Below are positions 1-8,444 of a stretch of 24,000 nt of DNA, in pieces. The stretch comes from Chlorobium sp. (GTDB lineage Bacteria > Bacteroidota > Chlorobiia > Chlorobiales > Chlorobiaceae). A model generated the notes under the pieces. The model ran no database searches, was not told the origin of the DNA, and was given only the letters and a program-made list of their open reading frames with translations. The DNA lies in assembly GCA_028282595.1 (NCBI GenBank), contig JANQHQ010000036.1, positions 50,553-74,552 on the forward strand. The letters are read 5' to 3'. The position numbers were made by a program, and so were the translations under genes. Every line of letters begins with the position of its first letter. Position 1 is the first letter of the stretch.

Positions 1-1
1 A

Positions 2-1249
2 GGCGTCCTCGGGGACTGCATCGCGAACCTTCTCGAAACCCAGGGGTACGAGGTGACGAGGGAGTACTACTTCAACGATGCCGGACGGCAGATGACCATT
101 CTCGCCGAATCCGTACGGCTGCGCTACCTCGAACTCTGCGACCGCGACGTCGCGTTCCCTGATACCCACTACCAGGGGGGATACATCAGGGAGATCGCCG
201 AAAAGCTCCACGAGAAACACGGCGACGCGCTCGCGGATTCCGGCTCGCTCGACGAGTTCAAGCGTACGGCGGAAACCGTCATTTTCACCCATATCAAGCA
301 CACCCTCCACCGTCTCGGTATAGAGCACGACAGCTACTTCAACGAGCACAGGCTCTATCTCGAGGACGAGGGCGGCATGTCGGCCAACGGCAGGATCATT
401 GATGCCCTGCGGAAGAAAGGGTTTATCGGGGAGTACGACGGCGCGACCTGGTTCACCACCACGAAGCTCGGGCAGGAAAAGGACAAGGTTCTCCTGAAGT
501 CCAGCGGCGAACCGAGCTACCGGCTGCCGGACATCGCCTATCATGTCACGAAGTTCGAGAGAGGGTTTTCCGAAATCGTGAACGTCTTCGGGGCCGATCA
601 TATCGACGAATACCCGGACGTTATCGAAGCCCTGAAAATCCTCGGTTACGACGGAGACCGCATCCGGGTCGCCATCAACCAGTTCGTCACGACGACCGTG
701 AACGGCGAAACCGTCAAAATGTCGACGAGAAAAGGCAATGCGGACCTCCTCGACGACCTCATCGACGATGTCGGCGCGGACGCCACCCGCCTCTTCTTCA
801 TCATGCGCAGCCGCGACTCGCATCTGAACTTCGATATCGAACTGGCGAAAAAGCAGTCGAAGGACAACCCGGTCTTCTATCTGCAGTACGCGCACGCCCG
901 CATATGCAGCCTCCTTCGCATGGCCGAAAAAGAAATCGGTTTCACCGAGGGGGGCACCGGCGCCCATCTCATGGAAAAACTCTCTTCCGTGCACGAAGTG
1001 CAGCTCGCGCTCGCACTGTCGGACTATCCCGAAATCATCCTGCGCGCCGTCCGCCAGTTGGAACCCCAGAAAATGGTCGAGTACCTGCACTCCGTAGCCG
1101 AGCTGTACCACCGCTTCTACCAGGAGTGTCCGATTCTCAGGGCCGAGCCGGATACCCGCACCGCAAGGCTGTTTCTGTCCGTTGCGACCCGCCAGGTGCT
1201 CCGCAACGGTTTCAGGATACTCGGCGTCACCGCCCCCGAATCGATGTAA
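2..1249 (+). CDS. argS: Arginine--tRNA ligase, C-terminal ~415 aa (5' end outside window)
   Basis: The reading frame is open from base 2 ([30 protein letters not shown]...), so the listed GTG at 53 is internal. YYFNDAGRQ, ...[11 protein letters not shown]..., GADH and a C-terminal anticodon-binding helical region ending ...GVTAPESM are typical of ArgS. Confidence 0.93.
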   Translation, partial: GVLGDCIANLLETQGYEVTREYYFNDAGRQMTILAESVRLRYLELCDRDVAFPDTHYQGGYIREIAEKLHEKHGDALADSGSLDEFKRTAETVIFTHIKHTLHRLGIEHDSYFNEHRLYLEDEGGMSANGRIIDALRKKGFIGEYDGATWFTTTKLGQEKDKVLLKSSGEPSYRLPDIAYHVTKFERGFSEIVNVFGADHIDEYPDVIEALKILGYDGDRIRVAINQFVTTTVNGETVKMSTRKGNADLLDDLIDDVGADATRLFFIMRSRDSHLNFDIELAKKQSKDNPVFYLQYAHARICSLLRMAEKEIGFTEGGTGAHLMEKLSSVHEVQLALALSDYPEIILRAVRQLEPQKMVEYLHSVAELYHRFYQECPILRAEPDTRTARLFLSVATRQVLRNGFRILGVTAPESM

Positions 1250-1266
1250 CGGGTACGCTGCCTCCC

Positions 1267-1860
1267 TCAGGGCGTGCGGTAGAGATCGTTGCTGTGAATG
1301 TAGTCGAGGATGGACGAGGGGATGAGGCCGCTGCAGTCCGATCCGGAACGAAGCCGATCGCGGACTTCCGTCGACGAGAGCGGAAACTTGAACCGGACGA
1401 CCCGAAAACCGTGCTCCGGCCGGTCCGCGCCTTCCTCTGATCCTGAAGAGCCGTCGCTGCGCCCGAAAACCACCACCGTGCATCGGCGCGCCAGCTCCTC
1501 CCACGACTTCCAGAGATGGAAATTCCGGTAGTTGTCTTCTCCGATGAGAAGAAACAGGTCGCCCGGACCGTAACGCTCCTCGATAGAGACGACATGATCG
1601 ATGGTGTAGGAGAGCCCCTCTCTCGAAAGCTCCCAGTCGGTCACCTCGGCCACCCGGCCGGTGTTGTTTATGATGCGGGCGAGCAGTCCGGCCATTGCAA
1701 GGCGGTCGGCGCCGGAGGTCGTGCGAAGATCCTTGAGCGGGTTGTTCGAAACGGAAATTATCAGCCTGTCGAGCCTCAGAAGCTCCCGGGCGTAGAGGCA
1801 GAGAGCGAGATGACCGTTATGCGGCGGATCGAACGTTCCTCCGAGCAGAGCGAGTCGCAC
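1267..1860 (-). CDS. nadD: Nicotinate-nucleotide adenylyltransferase
   Basis: 197 aa. N-terminal GGTFDPPHNGH (HxGH nucleotidyltransferase motif) and C-terminal SSTEVR (ISSTxxR-type motif). Convergent with argS and 15 nt downstream of bamD on the same strand. Confidence 0.9.
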   Translation of the reverse strand: MRLALLGGTFDPPHNGHLALCLYARELLRLDRLIISVSNNPLKDLRTTSGADRLAMAGLLARIINNTGRVAEVTDWELSREGLSYTIDHVVSIEERYGPGDLFLLIGEDNYRNFHLWKSWEELARRCTVVVFGRSDGSSGSEEGADRPEHGFRVVRFKFPLSSTEVRDRLRSGSDCSGLIPSSILDYIHSNDLYRTP

Positions 1861-1875
1861 GGCAAGGGGTGGGTC

Positions 1876-2769
1876 TTACTGATTGCCGAAATGCTGGACG
1901 ACCTTCTCCCGGTATCCGGCAACCTTGTCGATGTTCTCCGGGAACTGCTGATCGTAGGCGTCGAGCACAGCCTTGGCCTCGAACCACTTCTCCCGCTTGA
2001 TCAGCACCTCTATTTTTCCGGTCCACGCCTTCTCGAAGTAGGTCGTATCGGGATAGAACCGGAGGATCTCGTCGAAGTAGAGCATGGATGCCCGATAACG
2101 TTTGAGCCTTCTGTACTGCTCGGCTACAGAGTAGGTGCTGCGCGAAAGCTTCTCCCTGAGGGAGATAACGCTGCTGACGGCTTCCTGGGCTTTTTCCACT
2201 CTCGCAAATTCGGCGCTGGCCGCTGCGAGCTGGCGCTCGTAGTCGGCATTGCCGGGATTGAGCTGCAGAAGCCCCTTGTACATTTCGATATCTTCCGCCA
2301 ACTGTTTCGGATCCCTGACGGGATACATGTCGAGATAGAGCCGAAACTCCCTGATAGCCCTTCTGGTATGCTCCTGGTCCCTCGGGTAATCGGGTGAAAG
2401 CTCCATGTGCGATCTGGCGAGATTGAACTGCGCGTCGGCGGCATGGGGTGAGCCCGGCGTCTGCTCCAGAAGCCTCCTGTACATCTCTATGGCCAGCAGA
2501 TACTGTTCGGACTCGTAGTAGGCCCCGGCGAGCTCGAACAACACGTCGTCCTCGAGAGTCGTTGCACGGGCGTCGAACATCAGGGACTCGAGCTCAATGA
2601 TCGCCTTGTCGTAATCCTCCTTGCCCACGAGGGCCTGCACATAGGTGTATCGGTCCGTCAATTTGCCTGTCGCAGGTGGCTGCACCGAGGAACATCCGGC
2701 AAAAATCGTGCTTGCGGCCAGGCAGAGCCCGGCGAGAAAAGTCCGTGTCGTGAATCGTGAAACCGGCAT
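1876..2769 (-). CDS. bamD: Outer-membrane assembly lipoprotein BamD/YfiO-like (TPR lipoprotein)
   Basis: 297 aa. Lipoprotein signal peptide with lipobox FAGC (Cys26). TPR-like helical repeats throughout. Size and pattern are typical of BamD. Confidence 0.72.
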   Translation of the reverse strand: MPVSRFTTRTFLAGLCLAASTIFAGCSSVQPPATGKLTDRYTYVQALVGKEDYDKAIIELESLMFDARATTLEDDVLFELAGAYYESEQYLLAIEMYRRLLEQTPGSPHAADAQFNLARSHMELSPDYPRDQEHTRRAIREFRLYLDMYPVRDPKQLAEDIEMYKGLLQLNPGNADYERQLAAASAEFARVEKAQEAVSSVISLREKLSRSTYSVAEQYRRLKRYRASMLYFDEILRFYPDTTYFEKAWTGKIEVLIKREKWFEAKAVLDAYDQQFPENIDKVAGYREKVVQHFGNQ

Positions 2770-2917
2770 AATCGCTCCGTGAATGGCAGAATATGAAAAA
2801 AGAAAGAATACGATCTATTACGCATAAAATCAAACCGGCGGCCGGGAAGCCGGCAACCGGTCATCGTTGTGAGCATACACCTTTACACGGCCGGGCCGAA
2901 CGCCTGAAGGAGCCGTC

Positions 2918-3160
2918 TTATCGCCTTTTTGCCGGCTTGACTTCGGGAGGGGCATCGAAGTAGCCCACGGTGAAGGTAAAGCTTTCCGCGGTGTTTTTTC
3001 CGAACGGCACGTACAGGGGGCAGTAGCCGATGATCCCGGTCGCCAGCGGAATGATGCCGGTAAGCCACCACCAGCCGTTAAAAACGAACGCTGCGACGAT
3101 CATCACGGCGCCGGTGAAGATTCTGACGGTCCTGTCGACGGAGCCAATGTTTTTCTTCAT
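2918..3160 (-). CDS. DUF2892 (YgaP-like) small membrane protein
   Basis: 80 aa. MKKNIGSVDRTVRIFTG, then two hydrophobic helices and GYCPLY, the usual DUF2892 pattern. Confidence 0.7.
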   Translation of the reverse strand: MKKNIGSVDRTVRIFTGAVMIVAAFVFNGWWWLTGIIPLATGIIGYCPLYVPFGKNTAESFTFTVGYFDAPPEVKPAKRR

Positions 3161-3275
3161 GAGTCGGGCCTCCTGTTTAAAGCGGTTGAAAAAACAATCA
3201 TTACGATACGCTCATCCCTAAAATTACAACCCGGCGGGAGTTATATCAAAGGCCAGCGGATTTTTTCGCCCGTCG

Positions 3276-3299
3276 GTGCGCGCCCGGCCGGGCGCGCAC
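3276..3299. other. Perfect 24-nt GC-rich palindrome (GTGCGCGCCCGG/CCGGGCGCGCAC), possible terminator or insulator hairpin
   Basis: Seen directly, 19 nt downstream of the stop of the minus-strand DsrE-like gene. A T-run precedes it on the plus strand, so there is no canonical U-tract for the minus-strand transcript. Confidence 0.35.
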
Positions 3300-3317
3300 G
3301 GCCCTGGGCGGAACGAC

Positions 3318-3761
3318 TCAGAACGAGAACAGCTTGATGCCCTCCTCGCGGAGCTTTTCGGCGACCACCGGAGGCTTGGCAACCGTGACGCCCTCGATCA
3401 GATCCTCGGGCGACCCGCCCCTGTTCGGCAGGAAAACGGCACAGACCTCGACGACAACGCCTTTCTTTATGAGATTTTTCAGCATCATCTGCGGAGACTT
3501 GTCGAGCGGCTTGACCATTGTCTGAGCACTCCCCTTCAGCGCGAGCTCCCCGCCCGGACCGCAGAGCAGCATCCGAACGCTTTTTCCCTGTTCGACGGTT
3601 TTCGTCGACAGCACCATGGCCATCATCTGCGTCTGAACGTCCGCCGATGTCACAAAGACGTAAAGCCCTTTCGCATCGTCCGCCACGGAACGCGCGGGAA
3701 CCGCGAACACGGCGAGCAACGACAGTACGGCAAGGGCATTTCTGAGTATACGCATAATCAT
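3318..3761 (-). CDS. Secreted DsrE/DsrF-like (COG1416-type) protein
   Basis: 147 aa. Signal peptide (LSLLAVFAVPARSVA). LLCGPGGELALKG and GVVVEVCAVFL...PEDLIEGVTV...EGIKLFSF follow the pattern of DsrE-fold proteins. Confidence 0.5.
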   Translation of the reverse strand: MIMRILRNALAVLSLLAVFAVPARSVADDAKGLYVFVTSADVQTQMMAMVLSTKTVEQGKSVRMLLCGPGGELALKGSAQTMVKPLDKSPQMMLKNLIKKGVVVEVCAVFLPNRGGSPEDLIEGVTVAKPPVVAEKLREEGIKLFSF

Positions 3762-4108
3762 CTCTCCTATGATTTCATTTTCATGTTAGGGTGGAACGCC
3801 CCGAAGAACCGACACATCACCGGGGCATGAGCAACAGGATGAAACCATACGGGAAACGCTCCATCCTGCGATTGAATATAACGATCTGCATCGCCAAACC
3901 AATGCGTCAGAAATACTTCACAATAGTTAACGACGCCGTACCGGCAGTCATGGGAACTTGCCTCCTAAACTGTTGCACGAAATGCAGGGGCACGCCCAAG
4001 GGACTGTAACCGCGCATAGAGGCGAAGACACACACTACCTTTCGACCCAACAAACAAAGCCCCAAATGAACGACTTATCATATATTAAATCGATTAAAAT
4101 CGTATAAC

Positions 4109-4174
4109 GAATGACAAATCATTCATACAACTTGATCTTCCGATTTATTAACGCTATCTTTGAATGGTAATTCA
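4109..4174 (+). promoter_or_regulatory. Two inverted repeats upstream of hipB, candidate HipB operator / promoter region
   Basis: GAATGAcaaaTCATTC at 4109-4124 and TGAATggtaATTCA at 4161-4174, in an AT-rich stretch 27-90 nt upstream of the hipB ATG. Both share GAAT/ATTC arms but with different spacing. Confidence 0.3.
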
Positions 4175-4200
4175 TGCATTGACATGCCGAAAACAACATT

Positions 4201-4548
4201 ATGACCGATACATCATTCTCCGACTGGACAGCGATGAGCGACAAGACACTTGCCGGGCAGATAGGCGCTTTTGTGCGGCATCATCGCCTGGAACAGAACA
4301 AAACCCAGGATACGCTTGCACATGAGGCCGGCATCAGTCGATCAACGTTGAGCTTGCTGGAACGTGGCGAGACTGTCACCCTTGCCACGTTACTCCAGGT
4401 ACTCAGGGTGCTGGACCGGTTGCAGGTAATGAATGCATTTGTCGTTGAGGAGCGCATCAGCCCCCTGATGCTGGCCAAAATACAGAAAGAAAAAAGACGA
4501 CGAGCCAGAAGAAAGCAGGGCGACGATACAACGGAACACGATTGGTAA
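4201..4548 (+). CDS. hipB: XRE-family HTH antitoxin, HipB-like
   Basis: 115 aa. HTH_3 pattern (NKTQDTLAHEAGISRSTLSLLERGE). Stop lies 3 nt before the hipA start. Confidence 0.8.
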   Translation: MTDTSFSDWTAMSDKTLAGQIGAFVRHHRLEQNKTQDTLAHEAGISRSTLSLLERGETVTLATLLQVLRVLDRLQVMNAFVVEERISPLMLAKIQKEKRRRARRKQGDDTTEHDW

Positions 4549-4551
4549 GCA

Positions 4552-5856
4552 ATGGACGTAGCGGAAGTCAGAATATGGGGCGAGTTGGCTGGAGCTGTAG
4601 CATGGGACGATGCCGCCGGCCTGGCTGCCTTTGAATACGATCCCCGGCTCAAGGCAAAGGGGTGGGATCTGTCCCCCCTGAAAATGCCCGTTTCCGAAAC
4701 CAGAAGCACGTTTGTGTTTCCCGAGTTGCGTAAAAAAGCGAATCCCGGGCTGGACAGTTTCAAAGGATTGCCGGGGTTACTGGCAGACGTTCTACCCGAT
4801 CGATACGGAAATGAATTGATCAACCTGTGGCTGGCCCGGCAAGGTCGCCCGCAGAACAGCATGAATCCGGTGGAGATGCTCTGCTTTATCGGCACTCAGG
4901 GAATGGGTGCGCTGGAGTTCGAACCCTCTTTCTGGAAAGCGGAAAAAAGAACCTTCTCCGTTGAGATCGAGACTCTTGTGGACGTCGCAAAAAAGATGCT
5001 CACCAAAAAAGAAGCCTTTGCAGCCAACCTGGATGCGGATGCGAAAAAGACGGTGTCGGAACTTCTTCGTATCGGGACCTCGGCCGGCGGCGCAAGACCG
5101 AAAGCCGTGATCGCCTACAACGAAAAAACAGGAGAAGTTCGATCCGGCCAGACCAACGCCCCCAGGGGTTTCGAACATTGGCTATTAAAGCTGGACGGGG
5201 TGAGTGACGTGCAGTTGGGAACCTCTCACGGCTACGGCAGGGTGGAAATGGCATACTATACCATGGCACAAGCCTGCGGCATAATCATGATGCCGTCCCG
5301 GTTGCTCGAAGAAAACGAAAGAGCGCACTTTATGACCAAACGCTTCGACCGGGAAGGCGGATCGACGAAGCACCATATTCAGACCTTCAGTGCATTACAG
5401 CATTTCGACTACAACTCGGTTATGAGTTTCAGCTATGAGCAGCTCTTTCAAACCATGCGTAAGTTGAAGCTGCCCTATCCCGACGCGGAGCAGATGTTCA
5501 GGAGGATGGCGTTCAACGTGGTTGCCCGGAACTGTGACGACCACACCAAAAACTTTTCGTTCCGGTTGAAGCAGGACGCCAAATGGGAACTGGCGCCGGC
5601 TTATGATGTCTGCCACGCCTATCAGCCCAATCATCGATGGGTCAGTCAGCATGCATTGAGCATCAACGGAAAACGGGCGAACATCACGAAAGAAGATCTG
5701 CTGGCCATCGGCAATTCCATAAGCGTAAAAAAAGCCGCTGAAATCATTGACGAAGTCAATGCAGTTGTAGCGCAATGGAAACAATATGCCGATGACGTTG
5801 CGGTTTCACCCGGCCTGCGAGACCAGATCGCCAAAACCCTTGTTCACCTGAAATAA
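4552..5856 (+). CDS. hipA: HipA-family serine/threonine kinase toxin
   Basis: 434 aa. HipA N-terminal coupling region. GTSAGGARPKAV P-loop-like motif. Catalytic loop ARNCDDHTKNFSF. Confidence 0.9.
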   Translation: MDVAEVRIWGELAGAVAWDDAAGLAAFEYDPRLKAKGWDLSPLKMPVSETRSTFVFPELRKKANPGLDSFKGLPGLLADVLPDRYGNELINLWLARQGRPQNSMNPVEMLCFIGTQGMGALEFEPSFWKAEKRTFSVEIETLVDVAKKMLTKKEAFAANLDADAKKTVSELLRIGTSAGGARPKAVIAYNEKTGEVRSGQTNAPRGFEHWLLKLDGVSDVQLGTSHGYGRVEMAYYTMAQACGIIMMPSRLLEENERAHFMTKRFDREGGSTKHHIQTFSALQHFDYNSVMSFSYEQLFQTMRKLKLPYPDAEQMFRRMAFNVVARNCDDHTKNFSFRLKQDAKWELAPAYDVCHAYQPNHRWVSQHALSINGKRANITKEDLLAIGNSISVKKAAEIIDEVNAVVAQWKQYADDVAVSPGLRDQIAKTLVHLK

Positions 5857-6136
5857 TGTGTGCGAATCGCACAGGCCGGTCCATGCCGCCCCCGTCTGGA
5901 GTGATGCACGCTTTTGATGTCTCCAGGACCGCAGAATGGACATTTGCCGATAAGGAACTGCAACCGCACATAGAGGAGAAGACGAACAAAATATTTTTCA
6001 ACCTAATAAACAACGCCCCCTATTACTGGGAAACCTTGACTGGCAGAGGGAAAGTGGATACCTTTTTAGTTGTCCGGACATCCCCCGCACAAAGATGGAC
6101 AGTGCACAACATCGGCTTCAAAAAGGAACGAAAACA

Positions 6137-7402
6137 ATGAATCAGGAGACGAATAAAATCAACTGCCCTCACTGCGGCAAGGAAATAGATGTCAATGAGA
6201 TTTTATACCATCAGCTCGATGAAGAACTGAGGAAAAAATATAACGACCAGATTGCCGGAGAGCGTAAAGTGCTGGAGGAGAAAGAAGAAGAAATCAAAGC
6301 TGAAAAGGAGGCGATCGACAGGGCGGAAGAGGAGTATGCAGAGCGGGTTGCGACAGCCATAAAGTCGGGGGTGAAAGAGGAGCGGGAAAAACTCGAACGA
6401 TCGCTGAAACAGCAGGCAATGGAGGAGCAGGAGGAGAGGCTCGCCTCACTTCAAAAAGAACTCGACGACAAGACCGAGCAGGTAAAAGAGCTGAACAGGT
6501 CGAAAGCGGAGATAGAGCGCCTGAAACGTGACAAGGAAGAGCTGAGAGACAAAATAGAACTCGAAGCAGAACAAAAGATCAATGCGACCCTTGCCGAAGA
6601 AAAGGAAAAAATCCAAAAAGCAGCGGCTGAAAAAGCCCGGCTGAACATTTCCGAGAAAGATCATGTCATCAATCAGCTGAGAGAACAACTTGTGGAAGCT
6701 CAGCGTAAAGCCGAGCAGGGATCGATGCAGCTGCAGGGAGAAGTCCAGGAACTAGCCATCGAGGAGTGGCTTTCCGCGCAGTTTCCCCTCGATACCATCG
6801 ATGAAATTAAAAAAGGACAGCTCGGGGCAGACTGCCTGCAGATAATCAATACGCACACCCGCCAGAATTGCGGCGCCATCTACTACGAGAGCAAACGCAC
6901 TAAAAGCTTCCAGCCATCCTGGATCGAAAAATTCAAGGCCGATATACTCCAGAAGAATGCCGATGTCGGCGTTCTGGTAACCGAAGCCATGCCTGCCGAC
7001 ATGGATCGCCTTGGGCTGAAAGACGGCATATGGGTCTGCTCATTCGAAGAGTTCAAGGGATTGTGCACTGTGCTGAGAGAGTCGGTCATTCGTATCAGCA
7101 CGGCGCTCACCACCCAAGAGAACAAGGGCGAGAAAATGGGTATGCTGTACGATTTTCTGACGAGCAACGAGTTCCGACTTCAGATCGAGGCCATTGTCGA
7201 AGGTTTCACCCAGATGAAAGCCGATCTCGAGTCGGAGAAACGATCCATGCAGGGAATATGGAAAAAGAGGGAAAAACAGATAGACAAGGTGCTTCTCAAC
7301 ACCAATCACATGTACGGCTCCATCAAGGGTATTGCCGGTAGCGCCATACAGTCAGTCCCGCTGCTCGAGCTGCCATCAGGTGACGACTCCGAGAACAGCT
7401 GA
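6137..7402 (+). CDS. DUF2130-like protein: N-terminal zinc-ribbon, long E/K coiled coil, C-terminal PD-(D/E)xK-like domain
   Basis: The ORF is open from 6095, but the likely start is the ATG at 6137 (MNQETNKINCPHCGKEIDV). About 190 aa of heptad-like E/K/R-rich sequence follow. The C-terminus has GADCLQ...IYYESKRTK (D...ExK). Confidence 0.65.
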   Translation: MNQETNKINCPHCGKEIDVNEILYHQLDEELRKKYNDQIAGERKVLEEKEEEIKAEKEAIDRAEEEYAERVATAIKSGVKEEREKLERSLKQQAMEEQEERLASLQKELDDKTEQVKELNRSKAEIERLKRDKEELRDKIELEAEQKINATLAEEKEKIQKAAAEKARLNISEKDHVINQLREQLVEAQRKAEQGSMQLQGEVQELAIEEWLSAQFPLDTIDEIKKGQLGADCLQIINTHTRQNCGAIYYESKRTKSFQPSWIEKFKADILQKNADVGVLVTEAMPADMDRLGLKDGIWVCSFEEFKGLCTVLRESVIRISTALTTQENKGEKMGMLYDFLTSNEFRLQIEAIVEGFTQMKADLESEKRSMQGIWKKREKQIDKVLLNTNHMYGSIKGIAGSAIQSVPLLELPSGDDSENS

Positions 7403-7414
7403 CAAACAGCACCC

Positions 7415-7666
7415 CTATTTTTTCTTCACCGACGGAGCGTGCTTCATATTCATGTACACTCCACCAGCCCTGAGTTCCTCCAGCATCTGCCTCAGCCGCT
7501 TTTCCTTTGTTTCTTGTCTCTTTGCTGAATTGATCCAGAGCAGGTAGTCATTCCGCTGATACGCCGGTCGGGACTCGTAATCGCCGAGAAGGTTTTCTTT
7601 CTCCAGTGCTGCCAGAACAAACTCCGGCATGGGCTCAATGGGCCGTTTCAGATTTGCATTGTCCAT
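7415..7666 (-). CDS. YdeI/OmpD-associated (OmdA) family small protein
   Basis: 83 aa. RPAYQRNDYLLWINSAKRQETKEKRLRQMLEEL matches the characteristic OmdA-domain pattern. Confidence 0.6.
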   Translation of the reverse strand: MDNANLKRPIEPMPEFVLAALEKENLLGDYESRPAYQRNDYLLWINSAKRQETKEKRLRQMLEELRAGGVYMNMKHAPSVKKK

Positions 7667-7713
7667 CCTCTCTCTCTGCCTCAGGTTTCAGTTGCAGCGA
7701 CAGCCAGCCCTCT

Positions 7714-7741
7714 TCCTTTCTCAGCCAGTGACAAGCCATAC
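7714..7741 (-). repeat. 28-nt conserved element, copy A (5' leader of the YdeI-like gene)
   Basis: TCCTTTCTCAGCCAGTGACAAGCCATAC, 27/28 identical to 8302-8329. GACAGC is also shared further upstream in plus-strand coordinates (7699 / 8291). Confidence 0.8.
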
Positions 7742-7753
7742 CAGTGCTGAGTG

Positions 7754-8251
7754 CTAAAAAGTCGGATTGTTGTTCCCTATACTTCCTCCTGTCATCAAAA
7801 ACAAAAGCCTTGAGAACGCATCAATTGGCTGTATAGCATCCCAATGTTCCGCCAATTGTCCATTTTCCAGCCTGAAAGTGTCCGTTATGATAAACCCTTT
7901 TTTCTCGTCGCCTCTGTGTTTCGCTTGCATAGTGACATGGCTGTGTAAAACAACAAAATCTCCATCAGCCATAACCCGCTTTACATCAAAAGAATATTCC
8001 GGAAATCTTTTTGTCATTGTTTTCACATAACTTACAAGCCCGGATACCTCATCCGGTATTGCTCTATTGTGCTGTATATATGAGCCCTTTCCATACTTTT
8101 CGAGCGTGTATTCGAAATCATGCTCATTCATCAAGTGCTGAAAGAAGTCCAGAACAACCCTGACATTATCGGTTTCCTGTGGAGTCCAGTGATCTTGCAA
8201 GTGTTTGTCGATCTCAATTCTCGGTGCCACGTTCTGACTTACATTTTCCAT
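7754..8251 (-). CDS. SnoaL/NTF2-like fold protein (putative cyclase or isomerase-like)
   Basis: 165 aa. Pattern NVRVVLDFFQ...YIQHN...DGDFVVLH...TDTFRLENGQLAEHWD is typical of SnoaL-like NTF2 proteins. AGGAGG lies 8 nt upstream of the ATG. Confidence 0.6.
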   Translation of the reverse strand: MENVSQNVAPRIEIDKHLQDHWTPQETDNVRVVLDFFQHLMNEHDFEYTLEKYGKGSYIQHNRAIPDEVSGLVSYVKTMTKRFPEYSFDVKRVMADGDFVVLHSHVTMQAKHRGDEKKGFIITDTFRLENGQLAEHWDAIQPIDAFSRLLFLMTGGSIGNNNPTF

Positions 8252-8301
8252 AGTTAGCCTCCTCTTTCACTCATTCTATTGTTTTATAGTGACAGCTGCC
8301 A

Positions 8302-8329
8302 TCCTTTCTCAGCCAGTAACAAGCCATAC
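8302..8329 (-). repeat. 28-nt conserved element, copy B (5' leader of the SnoaL-like gene)
   Basis: TCCTTTCTCAGCCAGTAACAAGCCATAC. Same orientation as copy A and a similar distance (about 50 nt) from the downstream ATG. Confidence 0.8.
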
Positions 8330-8410
8330 TCGTACTTCATCTTTCTGGCAAGCTCTTTTCCCCTGTATCTAATTAATAGAAAAACTCTTAACGACTTATT
8401 GGCGTTACGG

Positions 8411-8425
8411 AACAACGTCCCCTAG
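8411..8425. repeat. 15-bp direct repeat AACAACGTCCCCTAG, copy 1
   Basis: Exact match to 9849-9863. Lies 20 nt beyond the stop of the CDF gene and is followed by a local TAGCGTAC x2 duplication (8423-8438). Confidence 0.7.
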
Positions 8426-8444
8426 CGTACTAGCGTACTCAGTC

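Noticed and set aside
1516-2397. 293-aa plus-strand ORF, plus neighbours 904..1440, 1227..1595, 1310..1531, 1817..2026 and 2124..2444
   Set aside because: They lie antisense to or out of frame with the well-supported argS, nadD and bamD genes. Their Arg/Pro/Gly/Ser-rich low-complexity translations are typical of spurious frames in GC-rich DNA.
3276-3830. 184-aa plus-strand ORF and other small ORFs (3334..3525, 3518..3745) overlapping the DsrE-like gene
   Set aside because: They are antisense to a gene with a clear signal peptide and family pattern. The translations are Arg/His/Pro-rich with no motif.
3791-4009. 72-aa ORF in the 440-nt gap at the left island edge
   Set aside because: No RBS, no recognisable motif and an odd composition. 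The gap is better treated as a non-coding junction or promoter region.
4281-4895. 204-aa minus-strand ORF across the hipB/hipA junction, and 4792..5178, 5000..5269 and 5395..5784 inside hipA
   Set aside because: They are antisense to the strongly supported hipBA genes and have no motifs.
5856-6140. 94-aa ORF between hipA and the DUF2130 gene, and the upstream extension of the DUF2130 ORF from 6095
   Set aside because: No family resemblance. DUF2130-type proteins begin right at the zinc-ribbon, which fits the ATG at 6137. A short hairpin (TGTGCG-aat-CGCACA, 5857-5871) after hipA lacks a U-tract, so it was not called a terminator.
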